Below are positions 13,379-26,487 of a stretch of DNA of 64,000 nucleotides, one piece after another; the first letter of the stretch is position 1, and each line of letters begins with the position of its first letter. Made by a program: the position numbers and the translations under genes. The stretch covers positions 103,478,001 through 103,542,000 of the forward strand of contig OX597823.1 in the NCBI GenBank assembly GCA_951406725.2, read 5' to 3'. A model generated the notes under the pieces. That model worked only from the letters and a program-made list of their open reading frames with translations. It made no database searches and was not told the origin of the DNA. Source of the stretch: Octopus vulgaris. Lineage: Eukaryota.

Positions 13379-13926
13379 TGCCCTGATGCAGTACCAGACA
13401 GTAGCTCTCATGGCTTCTGATCTTAACTGATTGAAAGTGTTATCACGTACATTGTTTTGTCTTGGTATAAAAGATGGGCTACAGCAAATATTCTGCTCAA
13501 TACCACAGATTTGCTTGTCAGACTTTAACCAGTTGAGGATGTCCCTTAGTGGCTGACGATATGTGCATCGCTGATCACGAGCAGAAGTAGTGGGGGAGCA
13601 TCATAGCCATGTGTTGAGAGGGATTCTTTGGGGTTTTAATAATTCACCTCTGGAAACATGGGTGGTTCTTTCAACATCCTTAAACAACCCTTATTCAGGG
13701 ACCTTTTGAGCGGGATGGGCTACTCAACCTGAAGAAAATTCTAACTGGGCCCCACCTGCAAGGTCATGTGCTGTTTATCTTGATATGAGATCACCATGTC
13801 GCGCACATATGGTTGTGATGCATGTGCCTAGTGTACCCTTATCAGACGGGTAGTCATGATGGGTATATTGGGCTTCGTATATTTTACCCCAGTGTCACTT
13901 TGATGGCATGAACCGCTCTCTCACTC
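13378..13926 (+). mobile_element. ~550-bp non-coding element inserted in (AAT)n, copy 1
   Basis: ATGCCCTGATGCAGTACC...GCTCTCTCACTC flanked by (AAT)n on both sides; four copies in the window; strand is relative only. Confidence 0.85.
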
Positions 13927-13994
13927 AATAATAATAATGATAATAATAATAATAATACCAACAACAACAATAATAATAATGGTAATAATAATTT

Positions 13995-14141
13995 TCATAT
14001 GTTTTCAGAGGCATTCGCTAGAACAATACTCTGTGCAAAACCAAAAGTATAGCACCTTTGTCATAACACTTGAACTTGTCTCTTGAGGTTTCTGGATAAG
14101 ATTTGGCGTCAACGTGTAGAAATACATAGCAAAAGCCAAAC

Positions 14142-14184
<43 letters not shown>

Positions 14185-14365
14185 TTTATATTACTTTTAA
14201 AACAAACTTTTAATTTGCTTATGTCTTGAAAGACATTGTCTAGAACAATACTCTATGCAAAACTAAATATATGGCACCCTAGTCATAGCACCAAGTTGAA
14301 CTTCTAACTTGTCTCTTGAGATCTCTGGGTGAGACTTGTACAAGCACGAAGCAAAAGCCAAATAT
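13995..14365 (+). mobile_element. Two tandem 3'-end fragments of an (AAT)n-associated non-LTR element (R4/Dong-like, inferred)
   Basis: CTAGAACAATACTCT..GCAAAAC..CTTGTCTCTTGAG..TCTGG..AGCAAAAGCCAAA occurs twice, each followed by ATAAT/(AAT)n; clade assignment is from recalled similarity, no ORF present. Confidence 0.5.
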
Positions 14366-14370
14366 ATAAT

Positions 14371-14910
14371 ATACCCTGATGCAATACCAAGCAGTGGCTT
14401 TCATGGCATCTGATCTTAACTGTTATCATGTGTTTTCACGTAAATGTTTTGTCTTGATGTAAAAGATGGGCTATAACAAATATTCTGCTCAATACTACAG
14501 ATTTGCTTGTCCCTTGATAGCTTACGGTATATGCGTCTCTGATCACGAGCAGAAGTAGTGGGAGAGCATCATAGCCATGTGTTGAAAGGAATTCTTAGGG
14601 GTTTGGATAATTCATCACTGGAAACATGGGCATTTCGTTCAACATCCTTAAACAAACCTTATTCAGGATCCTTTTGAGCAGGATGGGCTATACGACATGA
14701 AAATTCTAATTGGGCCCCATCTGTAAGGTCATCCGCTATTTATTTTAATAACGAATCATCATGTCGTACACATACGGTTGTGATGCATGTGGCTGGTGTA
14801 CCCTTATCCTCAGACGGGTATACGTTGACCTTCGTATATGTTATGTTGACCTTCGTATATGTTATGTTGACCCCAGAGTCACTTTGATGTCATGCACAGC
14901 TCTCTCACTC
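14371..14910 (+). mobile_element. ~550-bp (AAT)n-associated element, copy 2 (more diverged)
   Basis: Homologous to 13378-13926; internal tandem duplication of GTTGACCTTCGTATATGTTAT near 14824-14871. Confidence 0.85.
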
Positions 14911-14964
14911 AGCAACAACAGCAACAGGAACAACAAGTTAGAGAACAAGAACAAGAACAACAAT

Positions 14965-15145
14965 ATTGATTTCAAATTTTGGCACAAGGAAGGGGGTAAA
15001 TCGATTACATCTTGCCCCAAAACATGGCTGGAACTGGGGAGGGCTGTACGAGCAAAGCTGACTTCGGCGGGAGTTGAAGTGAGAGCATAAAATACCAGAA
15101 CAAATAATGTTAAGCATTTTGTCTGACGCGCAAATCATTCTACCA
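14965..15145 (-). mobile_element. Decayed SINE family C
   Basis: TTTCAAATTTTGGCACAAGG..TCGATTACATC..ACTTCGGCGGGAGTTGAA..TAAGCATTTTGTCTGACGCG; homologous to 42595-42802. Confidence 0.6.
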
Positions 15146-15316
15146 AGACCCAAAATGATGTATATGACTCACACACACACACATGCATATACATAGACGC
15201 ATATATTAATGATTATATTATTTTGTGTGTGTCTGTATATATGCGTATGTGTATGTTTGTATATATATATATATGTATATATATATACATTCATATTCAT
15301 TATGTATACACACACA

Positions 15317-15356
<40 letters not shown>

Positions 15357-15364
15357 ATAAAATG

Positions 15365-15456
<92 letters not shown>

Positions 15457-15971
15457 CATGGCGTAGACAGTAACACACAAATATATAGTAGATACAGTTA
15501 CACCTATGATAAAATGATAAAATAGAACTGGAGATTGAGTGAATCATCATATTTCAATAAATAGATGAATAAATAGATAGATGAATAGATGAATAATGTT
15601 ATTGTATTCTGTTCAGTTGCTCGATCAACTCAGCTACGAAGTCATTGCATTAGCATATTAGTGGCTAGGTACTCTATAGACTCGGGTACCCTTTCACGTA
15701 ATTCTCAAATGTAATTTGCGTGACACACTGTGATAAGGCTGGTGCTTTGAATTGTGGGTAGAATCAATTAGAAGTGCTTCTGTACAGTTTGCATCTACGT
15801 AAATTAATAATGCATAAATTATTCACAATGTATGGATTCCGTTGCGTGTTATCTTGGGCAAGTGTCATTTTTCTATAACTCGAATTGACGTACATACCTA
15901 TACAATCATATACACGCACATATATAAACACGCACATATACATATATTTATATACGTATAAATACATATCG

Positions 15972-16080
<109 letters not shown>

Positions 16081-17316
16081 CTATCTATCTGCATATGTAC
16101 ACATACATATGCATATGTATATGCATGCGCATATAAATATATCTATTTATTAATACCTAACTATATATACATACGTATATTATTATTATTATTAATGATA
16201 AAATAAAAATGTTATAACATTAACAAAACAACAACAACAACAACAACAATAGTGTTGTATTCTCGTATCAGCCATGTTACCAATCAGTTTCATCCAAGAT
16301 TTGAAATAATTCCCGCAATAATAAGAAAAAACTGAAATGAAAAGAAATTTCTTATCTCGTTGGATGGAGTTAGCATATTCTACGTAGAGTATCGGACATA
16401 TAATTCCACAGTGGTAAAAGGTACTTTTCCTTTTAGCCCTTTCTGACGATTGTTGGTGTTATCTCACTCCTGGTATGAAACCAACAGGGGAAATGATTGA
16501 TATAAGAATATAATATTGTATTTTGTTAGTAATAATACCCCACCGCCACTCAATATATGAATGCTTAGACAACTACAACAGCAGCAGCAACATGAACAAG
16601 ATGAAGAAGAAGAACAACAACGCATACACACACACACATACACAGAAAGTAGATAGTGGTTGACTGAGGCGGTTCTTGTACTAAGTGTCCTTCGTGTGTT
16701 ACCCTAAAAGTGTTTTACATCACGTGACTTAACTACTGTTAAAGGTCCACAGGAGATTTAACATTCAAAGGTGTCAAGGCAATTCGAAAGGCGCTGTCTC
16801 CCATGACACGATCGTAATTTCTAATATCACCTATGTAGGTATGAACACACACACACAGACGCGCGCACGCACACATGCATGTATGTATATGCATATATTA
16901 ATACACACATACATACGTGTACATACACACATATATATCTTTTTTGGAATGTTGACTCCCGAAGCTGTAAATAAGTCTTCGATTTTTCTGTGCAGAAGGT
17001 TTTTTAACTCAATATTTACTCGTTATTCTTTTCAGCTTTATCTGCTTCGAGAATCACTGTCCCCAATACCCAAAAATAATTAGAAAGAAAAATCATTTTA
17101 CGCTTTCGATATTTCTAAATTCTTATGACGTCAAACATTACACACACACACACACACACACACACATCACTATAGTAATATGCATACAAACACGTGCACA
17201 TATATGAGAATTAAAATTTCTCTCTACCCCACCCTGTCTCTATCACTCCTCTCTCTCTATATCACCTATCACTTTCTCGTTCCCTCTTTTCCTCTCTGGA
17301 CACACACACACACACA

Positions 17317-17349
<33 letters not shown>

Positions 17350-17720
17350 CATGTATGTGAGTGCATGTAGTTAACGTTTACAATTTGAGAAATGTTTCAG
17401 GTTTCAAAATAACTTAGTCGGAGTTAATGGAGAAATATCTTAAAAATTATATTTTAGTGTGAAAATGTAGGCGTGAAGAACAGGAATGAAAGGAAATTCA
17501 TCAAAGTGTTAAAAGTTGGTGGATTTAGAAATCAAGCCATTATTCCTTATAAGACGTAAGAACATGGTACAAATTTAAATTCAAGCATAATTTACTATCC
17601 CATGAGAACAGCTACTTATATTTATGTGAGTGAAATAATTTAAACATGCTATTTCTTTTGTACGCAGTAAATATATTTGTATATAAATTTAAAGTGAAGC
17701 GTTACAATAATTACGTAGAA

Positions 17721-17784
<64 letters not shown>

Positions 17785-18563
17785 TTAAGAGGTATAATGC
17801 GTAATTATAACATTTTTATTACAAAGTAGCTATAAAATTAGTAAAGGAGAGAAATAAAAAGCAACTCTATAGAGGAAGTAACGGAATGAAACAGAAATGA
17901 ATCTTAAATTAAATTAGACATTTTACGAGCATGAACGCAAAAAAAATGTGCATACATCGGGTCATGGGAATCGAACCGCACATCTGTCGAAATTCAAGCA
18001 ACCACTCTATACGATATACGTGTGTTTGAAACGTCGTGGGCGGTTCTGTGAATATTTTTCTATCCAAATGTGTTATTTTTTACCTACACACACGCACACA
18101 CACACACACACACACACACGTGTATATATACAATTAGAGACAACCTTTTTATAGAAACCACTGGATTTGAAATATTTTTGACCTGAGCTCCGATAAAAAT
18201 TGTAACCTGTCCAATATGTATTTGCATGCATTCTTCAGTGAAACTAGACTGTAGCATAAAACTAGTCACTAATTTCTTACACTAAACATAACCAAATTAG
18301 AAGAAACCAACTGACTAGATTCATGAAGACACAAATCTCTGAATGTGTTCTTTCTGTGACGTCTCTGTCTACTCTAATACAAATCTGACTCCTTCGTTTA
18401 TTGATACATAGATTCGCCAACGAACGTTATCAATAACATATAAGCAATCCATAATTTCTCTCACTAAATGCAACTAATTTAGCAGTTACCACCCAACTAG
18501 TTTCAACGTCAAACTAAGAAAACGTCGTTACCACCCTTTTCTTTCTATTCCCACCCTTTAAAT

Positions 18564-18853
18564 CAGTGGTTCTCCACCGAAGTCAACATGGCTCTTGGGG
18601 GTATATATGATTGATTGATTCTAGTTTCAGCTTATGAGCTGTGGCCATGCTGGGGCACCGCCATTAAGATTTTGTTGTTTAAATTATCTGCATTAATTTT
18701 GTTATACTTCTACAATTCATAAAATATTTTAACAATTCCTAATAATATTTAATTATAAAAATATGATTTTTAAAAACAGAGAATGACTGGGAGTAAAATA
18801 GGTATTAAAGGTGCCCGAAGGTTAAAAAAAAAAAAGATGGCTGAGAAACACTG
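18564..18853. mobile_element. hAT (Charlie/Buster-type) MITE with nested SINE tail
   Basis: TIRs CAGTGGTTCTCCACC / GGCTGAGAAACACTG; 8-bp TSD CTTTAAAT vs CTTGAAAT (7/8, central TA on the left copy). Confidence 0.8.
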
Positions 18854-19549
18854 CTTGAAATATCTGCTTTCTCCTTTTTTTCCTCTTGTGCCTCTTCATA
18901 TTCTGCTACATTTCCCTCCCAAGAAATTCCTTTTTTCCTGTTCAGCCAATAAAAGATATTTCTTTGCATATTATATAAAAACACTTTATTATAGAACACT
19001 TGCAGTTACATCGCTCCACCATGAAGAAGAATACCCTGAAACTATATATAAGGCTTTACTACTAATTCTCACCCACATAATTTATGCAAAGGCACATCCG
19101 CATACTTACATTCGAAAGTAAGCAAAAACACTCCAATTTCTATGTACCATGGTTGACATCAGTCCAGCTCTTGCACACGTATAACCCTTGACATTTTCAG
19201 ATCTACCAAAGTCTATTATAAGTATTTGCTTGTTAATTATGTTTGCTAATGAGATTTTAATTATTTATCTGTGACCAGTGATATAAAATAAAATAGCGAA
19301 TGTTGTGACTTACATTATTGTGTTTTGGTTTCTTTTCACTCTTACTGATGTAAATTTACACATTGCCTTATACGAATTCCTTCCTTCTCCCGTTCATCAC
19401 CCCCGTCACATCCTTTCGTCTTCACACATCTCTCTTTATCTTCATCTTTCTTCGTCTCCCCCATTCATCTCCCTCATTTCCCTTTCATCTCCCATTCATC
19501 GTTTCTTGTTCTGTTCTATCTTCGCCCAACTATTGTTTATGACCTTCCT

Positions 19550-19663
19550 AAGATGTGAGCTGCTAGAATCGTTAAGTAAGCCGGACAAAATGCTTTGTGG
19601 TTTCCCTTCCGGTTCTATGTTCTAAGTTCAGATTCCGCTGAGGTCGATTTTGCCTTTCATCCT
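19550..19663 (+). mobile_element. SINE family C, 5' part
   Basis: GAGCTGCTAGAATCGTTAAG..CCGGACAAAATGC..TTCTAAGTTCAGATTCCGCTGAGGTCGATTTTGCCTTTCATCC. Confidence 0.7.
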
Positions 19664-19960
19664 TCTCTTTCTCCTCTTCTCCTCTTCTCCTCCTTTTCAT
19701 CTTCCTCCTCTTCCTCTTGCTATTTCCCCCTCTTCATCTTCCCCCTCTTCATCGTCCTCATTTTCTTCCTCTTTCTCTCCTCTTCATCTTCCTCTTCTTC
19801 CTTTTCCTCCTCTTCCTCCTCTTCCTCTTTCTTTTCCTCTTTCTCCTCCCTTACCCTTCCGTTTCCTCGTTTCATCTTCTTCCCCTTCCTCTTCCCCTTC
19901 CTCTTCCTCCTTCTCCTTCTCTTCCTCTCCCCCTTCCTCTCTCTCACCCTCCCTCTCTTA
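19660..19960. repeat. Polypyrimidine (CTT/CCT) low-complexity tract
   Basis: About 300 bp almost entirely C/T on the + strand. Confidence 0.9.
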
Positions 19961-21435
19961 CCTTTTAATACATGTCCTCACTCCCTCCCCTGACAATTCC
20001 CCCTTCCATTTCTTCCCAGCCATTTCATCTCTTATTTGTTATCTAAAATTACTTTAGTAAGCGAAAGTGTCACTTCATTATCGTTTCTGCAGGAAAAGGT
20101 GTGAACGAGACGGAATAATTGATGGAAGATATTTACTCTTCAACACTTCAATTCATCCTGGGCCGATCAACAAAACAAAGCAGTATTTTATTTTAGGAAT
20201 GGATAGGTGAAATCCACCACCAGAAAAAAAAGAAAAAAAAAACAATTGCAGTAAAATTCCATCATACTGTTCTTCAAGATTTTCTACAGGTATTGTATTT
20301 GAAAAGGAATTTACTTATAGAAGCAGGTCGCGATTCGATCTCCTAACTGAAAAAAGTTACCAAGGTATGGCTGAGTTGTCAAGACGTTCACCTCGTAAAC
20401 GCATAGGTTCAGATTCGATCTCAATGGGCGGCATCTTGAACAAGTGATTTTTATTTTACCAAAACTTGTATAAGAAATTTAGTAGACGTATTTTTTGCGA
20501 AAGCCTGACAGTGGTACCGTTCTTAGTCTTCGGTAACAGACATCGCCCGTCGCCCTGTTTCACATTTCACAACTCTTCTGCTTGAATTTTGGTGGCCTTT
20601 AACAGAGTCCACTCTGTCGCAAACATTCGAACTAGGTATTCGGTTAACGTATTCATCCCTACACGGCGAATTGGTAGGGTTGTAAGAACGAAGTGACTAT
20701 AAAAGCCAGTGAAGTACTCCAGTGACATGATGGGGGTTGTAATTATGTATTGATGAATAAAATGATGCCTTCTTGCTTGGAAATCTCGCATGTCATGCTG
20801 CGCTGGGGAAACATTTACGGAAACGATTTGCTTCTGGTAAAAGGTTGCATGAACACAACGAATGATAACTTATCACCGAACTTTATTAATTCTCTTTGTG
20901 AAACTTTGTTTAGCATCAATCCTTAGTTATTTCGAAAACATGCAAACTTAAATCATGAAATATAATCAAGCAACGAACTCTGACTCGCAAAAATTACTGT
21001 CATTGCGCCAAAATATGAAAACGTTGTTACTATAATCTTAATACAATTTATTGCGAACTTATTATCGGCTATGTACGGGTGGTACAGATGGTAACAAACC
21101 GAGTAATGATTAATTTGGGTGATTAGTGACCGAGTTCAAATCCTGTAAGTCAATATCGAGTTTTGCAACTTATCCCACCGTTCATCTACATGGAATATTT
21201 ACATATTGCAGCAATCCAACAAATACACATAATGTGTGTTTGAGTGTGAGTGTAATCATGATTATAAGTAATGACATTCAAACATTAACTGTAAATGTCT
21301 CCAAAATATATAATCGATATTCAAAAAGAAATAGTTAATAGCGACTTCGAATTTTCGCCAATGGTAAACTTGGTATAAGTGTTTATGGCAAATTGAACGT
21401 ACGTATGTCTCAATGCATGCACATATATATGTGCG

Positions 21436-21497
<62 letters not shown>

Positions 21498-21500
<3 letters not shown>

Positions 21501-21815
21501 GACGGGATTCTTTCAGTTTCCATCCACCAAATCCACTCACAGAGCTTTGGTCAGCTTGAGGCTATAGTAGGGCAAGTGTCTTCTACTATAGCCTCAGGCA
21601 GACCAAATCCACTCATGAGGATTTAGTAGACAAAAGCTGAAAAAAGTCCGTAGTGTGTGTGTGTGTGTGTGTGTGTACATATGTGTGTATTTGTGCGGTT
21701 CTTTATCCTTGTCCCCAACCATCGCTCGACAAATGGTTTTGGTGTATTTATGTCTCCCAAGCTTAGAGGTTCGCCAAAAGAGAGCATGACCTCAGTCTAA
21801 TGACTGAAACAAGAA
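21498..21815. mobile_element. SINE family B with a head-to-head fold-back inversion
   Basis: Minus copy 21498-21570 joined to a plus copy from ~21571; TGAGGCTATAGTAG / CTACTATAGCCTCA is a perfect 14-bp stem. Confidence 0.75.
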
Positions 21816-21817
21816 AT

Positions 21818-21851
<34 letters not shown>

Positions 21852-21856
21852 GCATG

Positions 21857-22145
21857 CCTTGGTAGTTAGGGTGTTACACTAAGGATCGCGTGGTCGTAGT
21901 TTCAATTCCTAGATTGGGTGGTGTGTTCTTATCTTGAATAAAACACTTCATCTCACGTTGCTCTGCCATCACTTCGACACCTGACGCATGGTACATCGTG
22001 TAGCTGTTCAGGCAACGTCGATTTGATGGAGAGAGTGGACCAATGTACAGCACATACTTTTGATCGCTATAAACAAATCATTTTGTGCAGGGCTTTTGGT
22101 AAAAGCTGAACACTCATACGCTGTCTTCGATGGGAGAGTCCATCA
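21857..22145 (+). mobile_element. tRNA-derived SINE (A-like head, different body)
   Basis: TGGTAGTTAGGGTG..GTTTCAATTCC..TCTTGAATAAAACACTTCATCTCACGTTGCTC resembles 110-230. Confidence 0.65.
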
Positions 22146-22624
22146 TAGACATTTAAAATGTCTGACTGTGAGCCAGAGTAGATGAGTAAAACGATGACAG
22201 TTAAGAATACGGAAACATGTCTGAAAGTTATTGAATAGGATGGCGTTAAAAAGCCAAGTGACAAGAGCGATCGTTAATCGTCACTAATGATCTTATTCAT
22301 AGGTTGGATTATGTGTAATCAGTGTAATCTGATGCAAAAGAGTTATAAGGTAGCTTTGGATGTGGACAGTACATGTTTCTAACTAAACACCCGGGTGGTG
22401 GGGAAAGTGTGAACAGAATGAGGAGTACACTTGATAGGTTAGACGTGGAGAAGGAGAATGTGGGATAAATAGGCAAACTGTCGATATATAAGACGTTTAC
22501 AATTACATGGAGTTACATGTAACGAAAAAGTACGTATATTCATTCATAGGTACATACATGGACGCACACACACACACACACACGCGCGCACACACATACA
22601 CACACACACACACAAGCGTTGTTA

Positions 22625-22885
22625 ATGGATATAGTCTTGCGCTGGTTAATATTTTTTCAATGATTTAGGTTGCATTTTGCTTTTGATAATTTTGTGTGAG
22701 CCTAAAATTCTGTTCATTGTTTTATCTCCTGTGAGGGTGGATAGATTTTGGATGATAATGTTGAAGGCTTCATTGTTTCTAGGGCTATGTGTGGAGATGT
22801 ATGGGAATATTTTTAAGTCTAGTGTTGTATTTCGGTTGACTTCCCTAATCTATTTCCTTAGCTCGTTTAATGCTATCATTTATTA
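22625..22885 (-). mobile_element. Penelope-like element ORF fragment (RT thumb/linker region)
   Basis: Minus strand YISTHSPRNNEAFNIIIQNL; nucleotide similarity to 30610-30665 of the larger PLE. Confidence 0.7.
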
Positions 22886-23014
22886 ATAATATTGGGTAAT
22901 GTCTTTAGATTAGTATTGATCTGAGTTCAAGGAGTCTTTCTTCACGAGTATAGGTGTCCGAAACTATGGTACAGATTCTTTTCGCTAGATTATCTAGATT
23001 ATTTCGCGGAAAAT

Positions 23015-23305
23015 CCAATCTATGCCATTACATGCTTAGGGTGTAGTAATCATTATATTGGCCAAACGGGAATATCACTCCGTCGAAGAACCACTCTATT
23101 GTGGGTGGCGGAACTAATCCGCCACCCACAATACAGACAGATACAGGTCAGTGATCACATAGAAAGGTGTGCTAGGAACCTTAATTCTAAATTTCTAATT
23201 TTCCCCTTCTATCAATGTTCACCGAGCACCTCGGTACAACAAAGAATGAATAAAGAGGCAACTTTCATCAATAAATATCTACCACAACTCAATATGAATA
23301 CATAA
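23015..23305 (+). mobile_element. Penelope-like GIY-YIG endonuclease C-terminus (frameshifted)
   Basis: IYAI/TCLGCSNHYIGQTGISLRRRTTL..IRHPQYRQIQVSDHIERC..FPFYQC..KEATFINKYLPQLN*. Confidence 0.85.
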
Positions 23306-23484
23306 CTTAATGCAGAACACTACTAACCTTTCAATTAATACCACCCATACATCCCATACACCATTCACTTTTAAAGAATTATATCTACCCTAATTGCACC
23401 AAATCCAGAACTACTTACCTCCATTACACATAATCTTTTTACTCAGGATCTAGTAGACCCGACTCCGTTCGGTAATAGGTGCGC

Positions 23485-23532
23485 ATTCAAAGCAGTGATC
23501 AATAATTTTACGAAACCGGTATGCTTTTGAAT
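23485..23532 (+). ncRNA. Minimal type-I hammerhead motif, G3-C8 core variant, in the PLE 3' pLTR
   Basis: AAAGCA-GTGATCA-aTAAttTTAc-GAAA-CCGG-TA-TGCTTT; 6-bp stem I, weak stem II; about 180 bp downstream of the GIY-YIG stop. Confidence 0.6.
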
Positions 23533-23685
23533 CTCTATAACAATTCACAATAATGACTCTTATTACTCTTATTCCTACCTCAGTTCATCTAGTTCTATAT
23601 ACCTATCGTTACTTTTCATAAAAAGCTTTTACTTTTTTGGATTTCCAATGTGCATTTTCGCTTATTTTTTCCTCTTACTTTCCCT

Positions 23686-23723
<38 letters not shown>

Positions 23724-24279
23724 GTGTCCGGCTGATGTCTAGTCTGAATTTTTGCCGGTTTGTCATTATTGGAAAATAAAGGTGAGTTGGGGCTAACGAG
23801 GTCCGGTTTAAGCCCTTGCAACTTCTGCTAAATACACTAAAGGATCAAATGGTTGTAGATTCAAAAGAGGGCTGTGTTAGAGCTGCCTGGTATATAATTT
23901 GGACTTGTACTTTTAGTAAAATGAATTTGCTTACAGTTTTGCTGATGACAAAATTTTTGAAATATCAATTTCTTTTCGCAATAAAACGTGAATGAATATT
24001 ACATTGTTATTGATTTTAAAATTACATAAAATACAAATAATTCCAAAACCCAAAGTTGCAGATATATAGTTAATTAGGAGAATTATGTAGTTCCTTTTAG
24101 AACATAAATCTGTAACGAATCATTCCTGAGAAAGGGAGGACTGTATTTGTGGCGCACCAGTGATGTGAACTCTCGCACATACGCATTTCATCTACAGCAG
24201 TCGAATCAAACATTGAACGCCTCCTCCCTTCGCTCTAAGTAGTAGCTACTCATGACAGCAGCAGAAGCTGCAGCGGTTC

Positions 24280-24535
24280 TCCGTCGGTTATTGCTGACGA
24301 TCAGTCAATGCATTGAATACCTGGATGTCGCTAGGTAGAAAAGGATTCGGAAATTCAGCTGACCGAAGAAGAATTAGAGAGACTGTTTAGAGTGGAGGCG
24401 GAAAAGAGAGAACTGAAAAGCCAAAATAAAGGAAGCGGCGTATGGTATTACGTAACCTACCCGCAGAATATTGAAACAGAGAAGAAAATACTCAAGTTCA
24501 ACCAAATAGTAAGAGTAAAGATACCAGCATATATA

Positions 24536-24579
<44 letters not shown>

Positions 24580-25110
24580 GAGGATATGAAGGAGATAGTA
24601 ATTGAAGAGGTAAGTTATAAGATACTGCAAGAAATGTGTGGAGATAATATTGACCCACCAGGAGTAAGGGTGGAATTCAAAGAATTGCCACCAGTAGTGG
24701 ATTTAGTAGAAATCGAACCACTAATGAAATATTACTAAAAAGTAAATATGTCAAATCGACAGGAAAAAAGAAAAGAAAAAAGAAAAAGGAGAAAAGAAAA
24801 GGAAAAAAGAAAGAGTGTTTTATGTTATGTTTAATAATATCGGAAAATAGAAGAACAATTTTAGAGAACGTATATAACGGTTCAAATAATGGTAGACGAT
24901 AATTAATTGTTAGTTAAATACATGGTAAAAACGGACAGTTTGAAAAGATTAATGGTAATGCATGTGATGAGGGGCGCATGCAGCCATTCATAACCCCATT
25001 ATTGTATAATCATCTCATCATATTCCTTCTATGTATTGTCCCCTCTGTGGTGTCCTGTCTGTCCTTGTTTGTCCCCCTCTATTTTTGGGCCCTTGTGGCT
25101 AATAAAGAAA
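24280..25110 (+). mobile_element. Possible decayed LINE remnant whose 3' end matches the SINE family C tail
   Basis: Purine-rich broken frames (..VRVEFKELPPVVDLVEIEPLMKYY); 25055-25110 TGTCTGTCCTTGTTTGTCCCCCTCT..TTGTGGCTAATAAAGAAA matches 40915-40969. Confidence 0.3.
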
Positions 25111-26097
25111 CCGAGCTTTTAACTTTGGGTGAGATTCAATCCGTACCAACAACGACAATCTTAACAGTGACTCTAATTCCGTTATAGATTTGTAATGAAA
25201 CAGCCACAAAAGTATATTGGGTTTTCTACAATGATCAGAAATATATTGTACTTTCTACAAAGATCTCTATTCATTTAGGTATGCTTACTTCTTTCTGTGA
25301 ACGCTTACACTGCACTTGCTCACACTTTGTAAAAACTTACTTGTAGACGCACACATTATACAGACTTTATGCACACATCACACATACTCAAATACACGGC
25401 ACAGATTCACTTGTGTGGGTGCACACAAAATGTAGGATCACCTATATGACTGAATGCAAAATAGACTTATTTGCATGAGTGTACATATACTAAATTATTT
25501 ATATGAACACACACATCATTCAGATTCAGCTACATAGACACACAAAATCTTTGTGGAATTTCTATTTCTTTTCTATATTCATTGATATTTCACTGCTTTT
25601 AGTATGTTCTTGCTTTTCAATTTTTTTACTTAATAACTGCATTTGCTGCTATATCTTATTATTTTAATAAGCAGTTGTAGTTCCTTGACATAGAAGCTGC
25701 AATAAAGGTAGTAGCAGTGACATAGATTGCATACCAGCGATACAATACCTATACTACAATGACAAGATGGCTTTCGTGCGTACTTAAAAGTCTACGAGTT
25801 ATCAGTTGCAACAAGCTCAATGGTGACGCATATTTAATTATAGTTGTGTGTTGAAATACTACGAGCCATATTGCTTTCATTAATGAAAACCTGGCAGCAG
25901 GAATATAAATAACGTATTAACACACATCGTAGTAATTCATTTGTATGAACACATACACCGTAAAGGCATATTTGTATAGGCGTGTACCACGTACAGTTTT
26001 CTTTGTATGAATGCACACACTTTAAGATTCACTTGTTTGAATGCAATTATTGTACAAGCTCATATATACGAACGCATAAATCATATTATCATATTTA

Positions 26098-26487
26098 CTA
26101 GCAGTATCGCCCGGCGTTGTTCGGGTTTGTTTCGACCCTTTAGAATTGGAATTTGTGAAAAGTAAAAATTGTGCATTATGTAGCTTGTTATTCTCTTTAA
26201 GTGACCATTTTTCTGGTTGAAATACACCGAAAAATGGCGACACAGCAGTCAAAAAATCGTAAAAAATAAAGATTTTCATAGAAAAAAAAGCCCCTTTTTG
26301 ATGTAAATAATTTTTGGCGTTAACATGGTCTAATTTGAATTTTTTCTTCTACGGAAGGAAGAGCAAGCCTTCTATCATACTCTCAATTTTGGTCAACTTG
26401 TACCGCAGGGTCTCGGAGGAGATAGTGTTAGTTGAAGGCTACCAAACCTGCCATACACAGACAACTTCAGCTTTATATAGAGAAAGA
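26098..26487 (-). mobile_element. Non-autonomous Helitron
   Basis: Minus strand 5'-TC...CCCG aacaacgc CGGG hairpin...CTAG-3' between A and T; second copy at 56965. Confidence 0.8.

Noticed and set aside
20510-20860. Higher-complexity stretch with a 74-aa ORF as a possible exon
   Set aside because: No recognisable protein motif or convincing splice sites; BLASTX would be needed.
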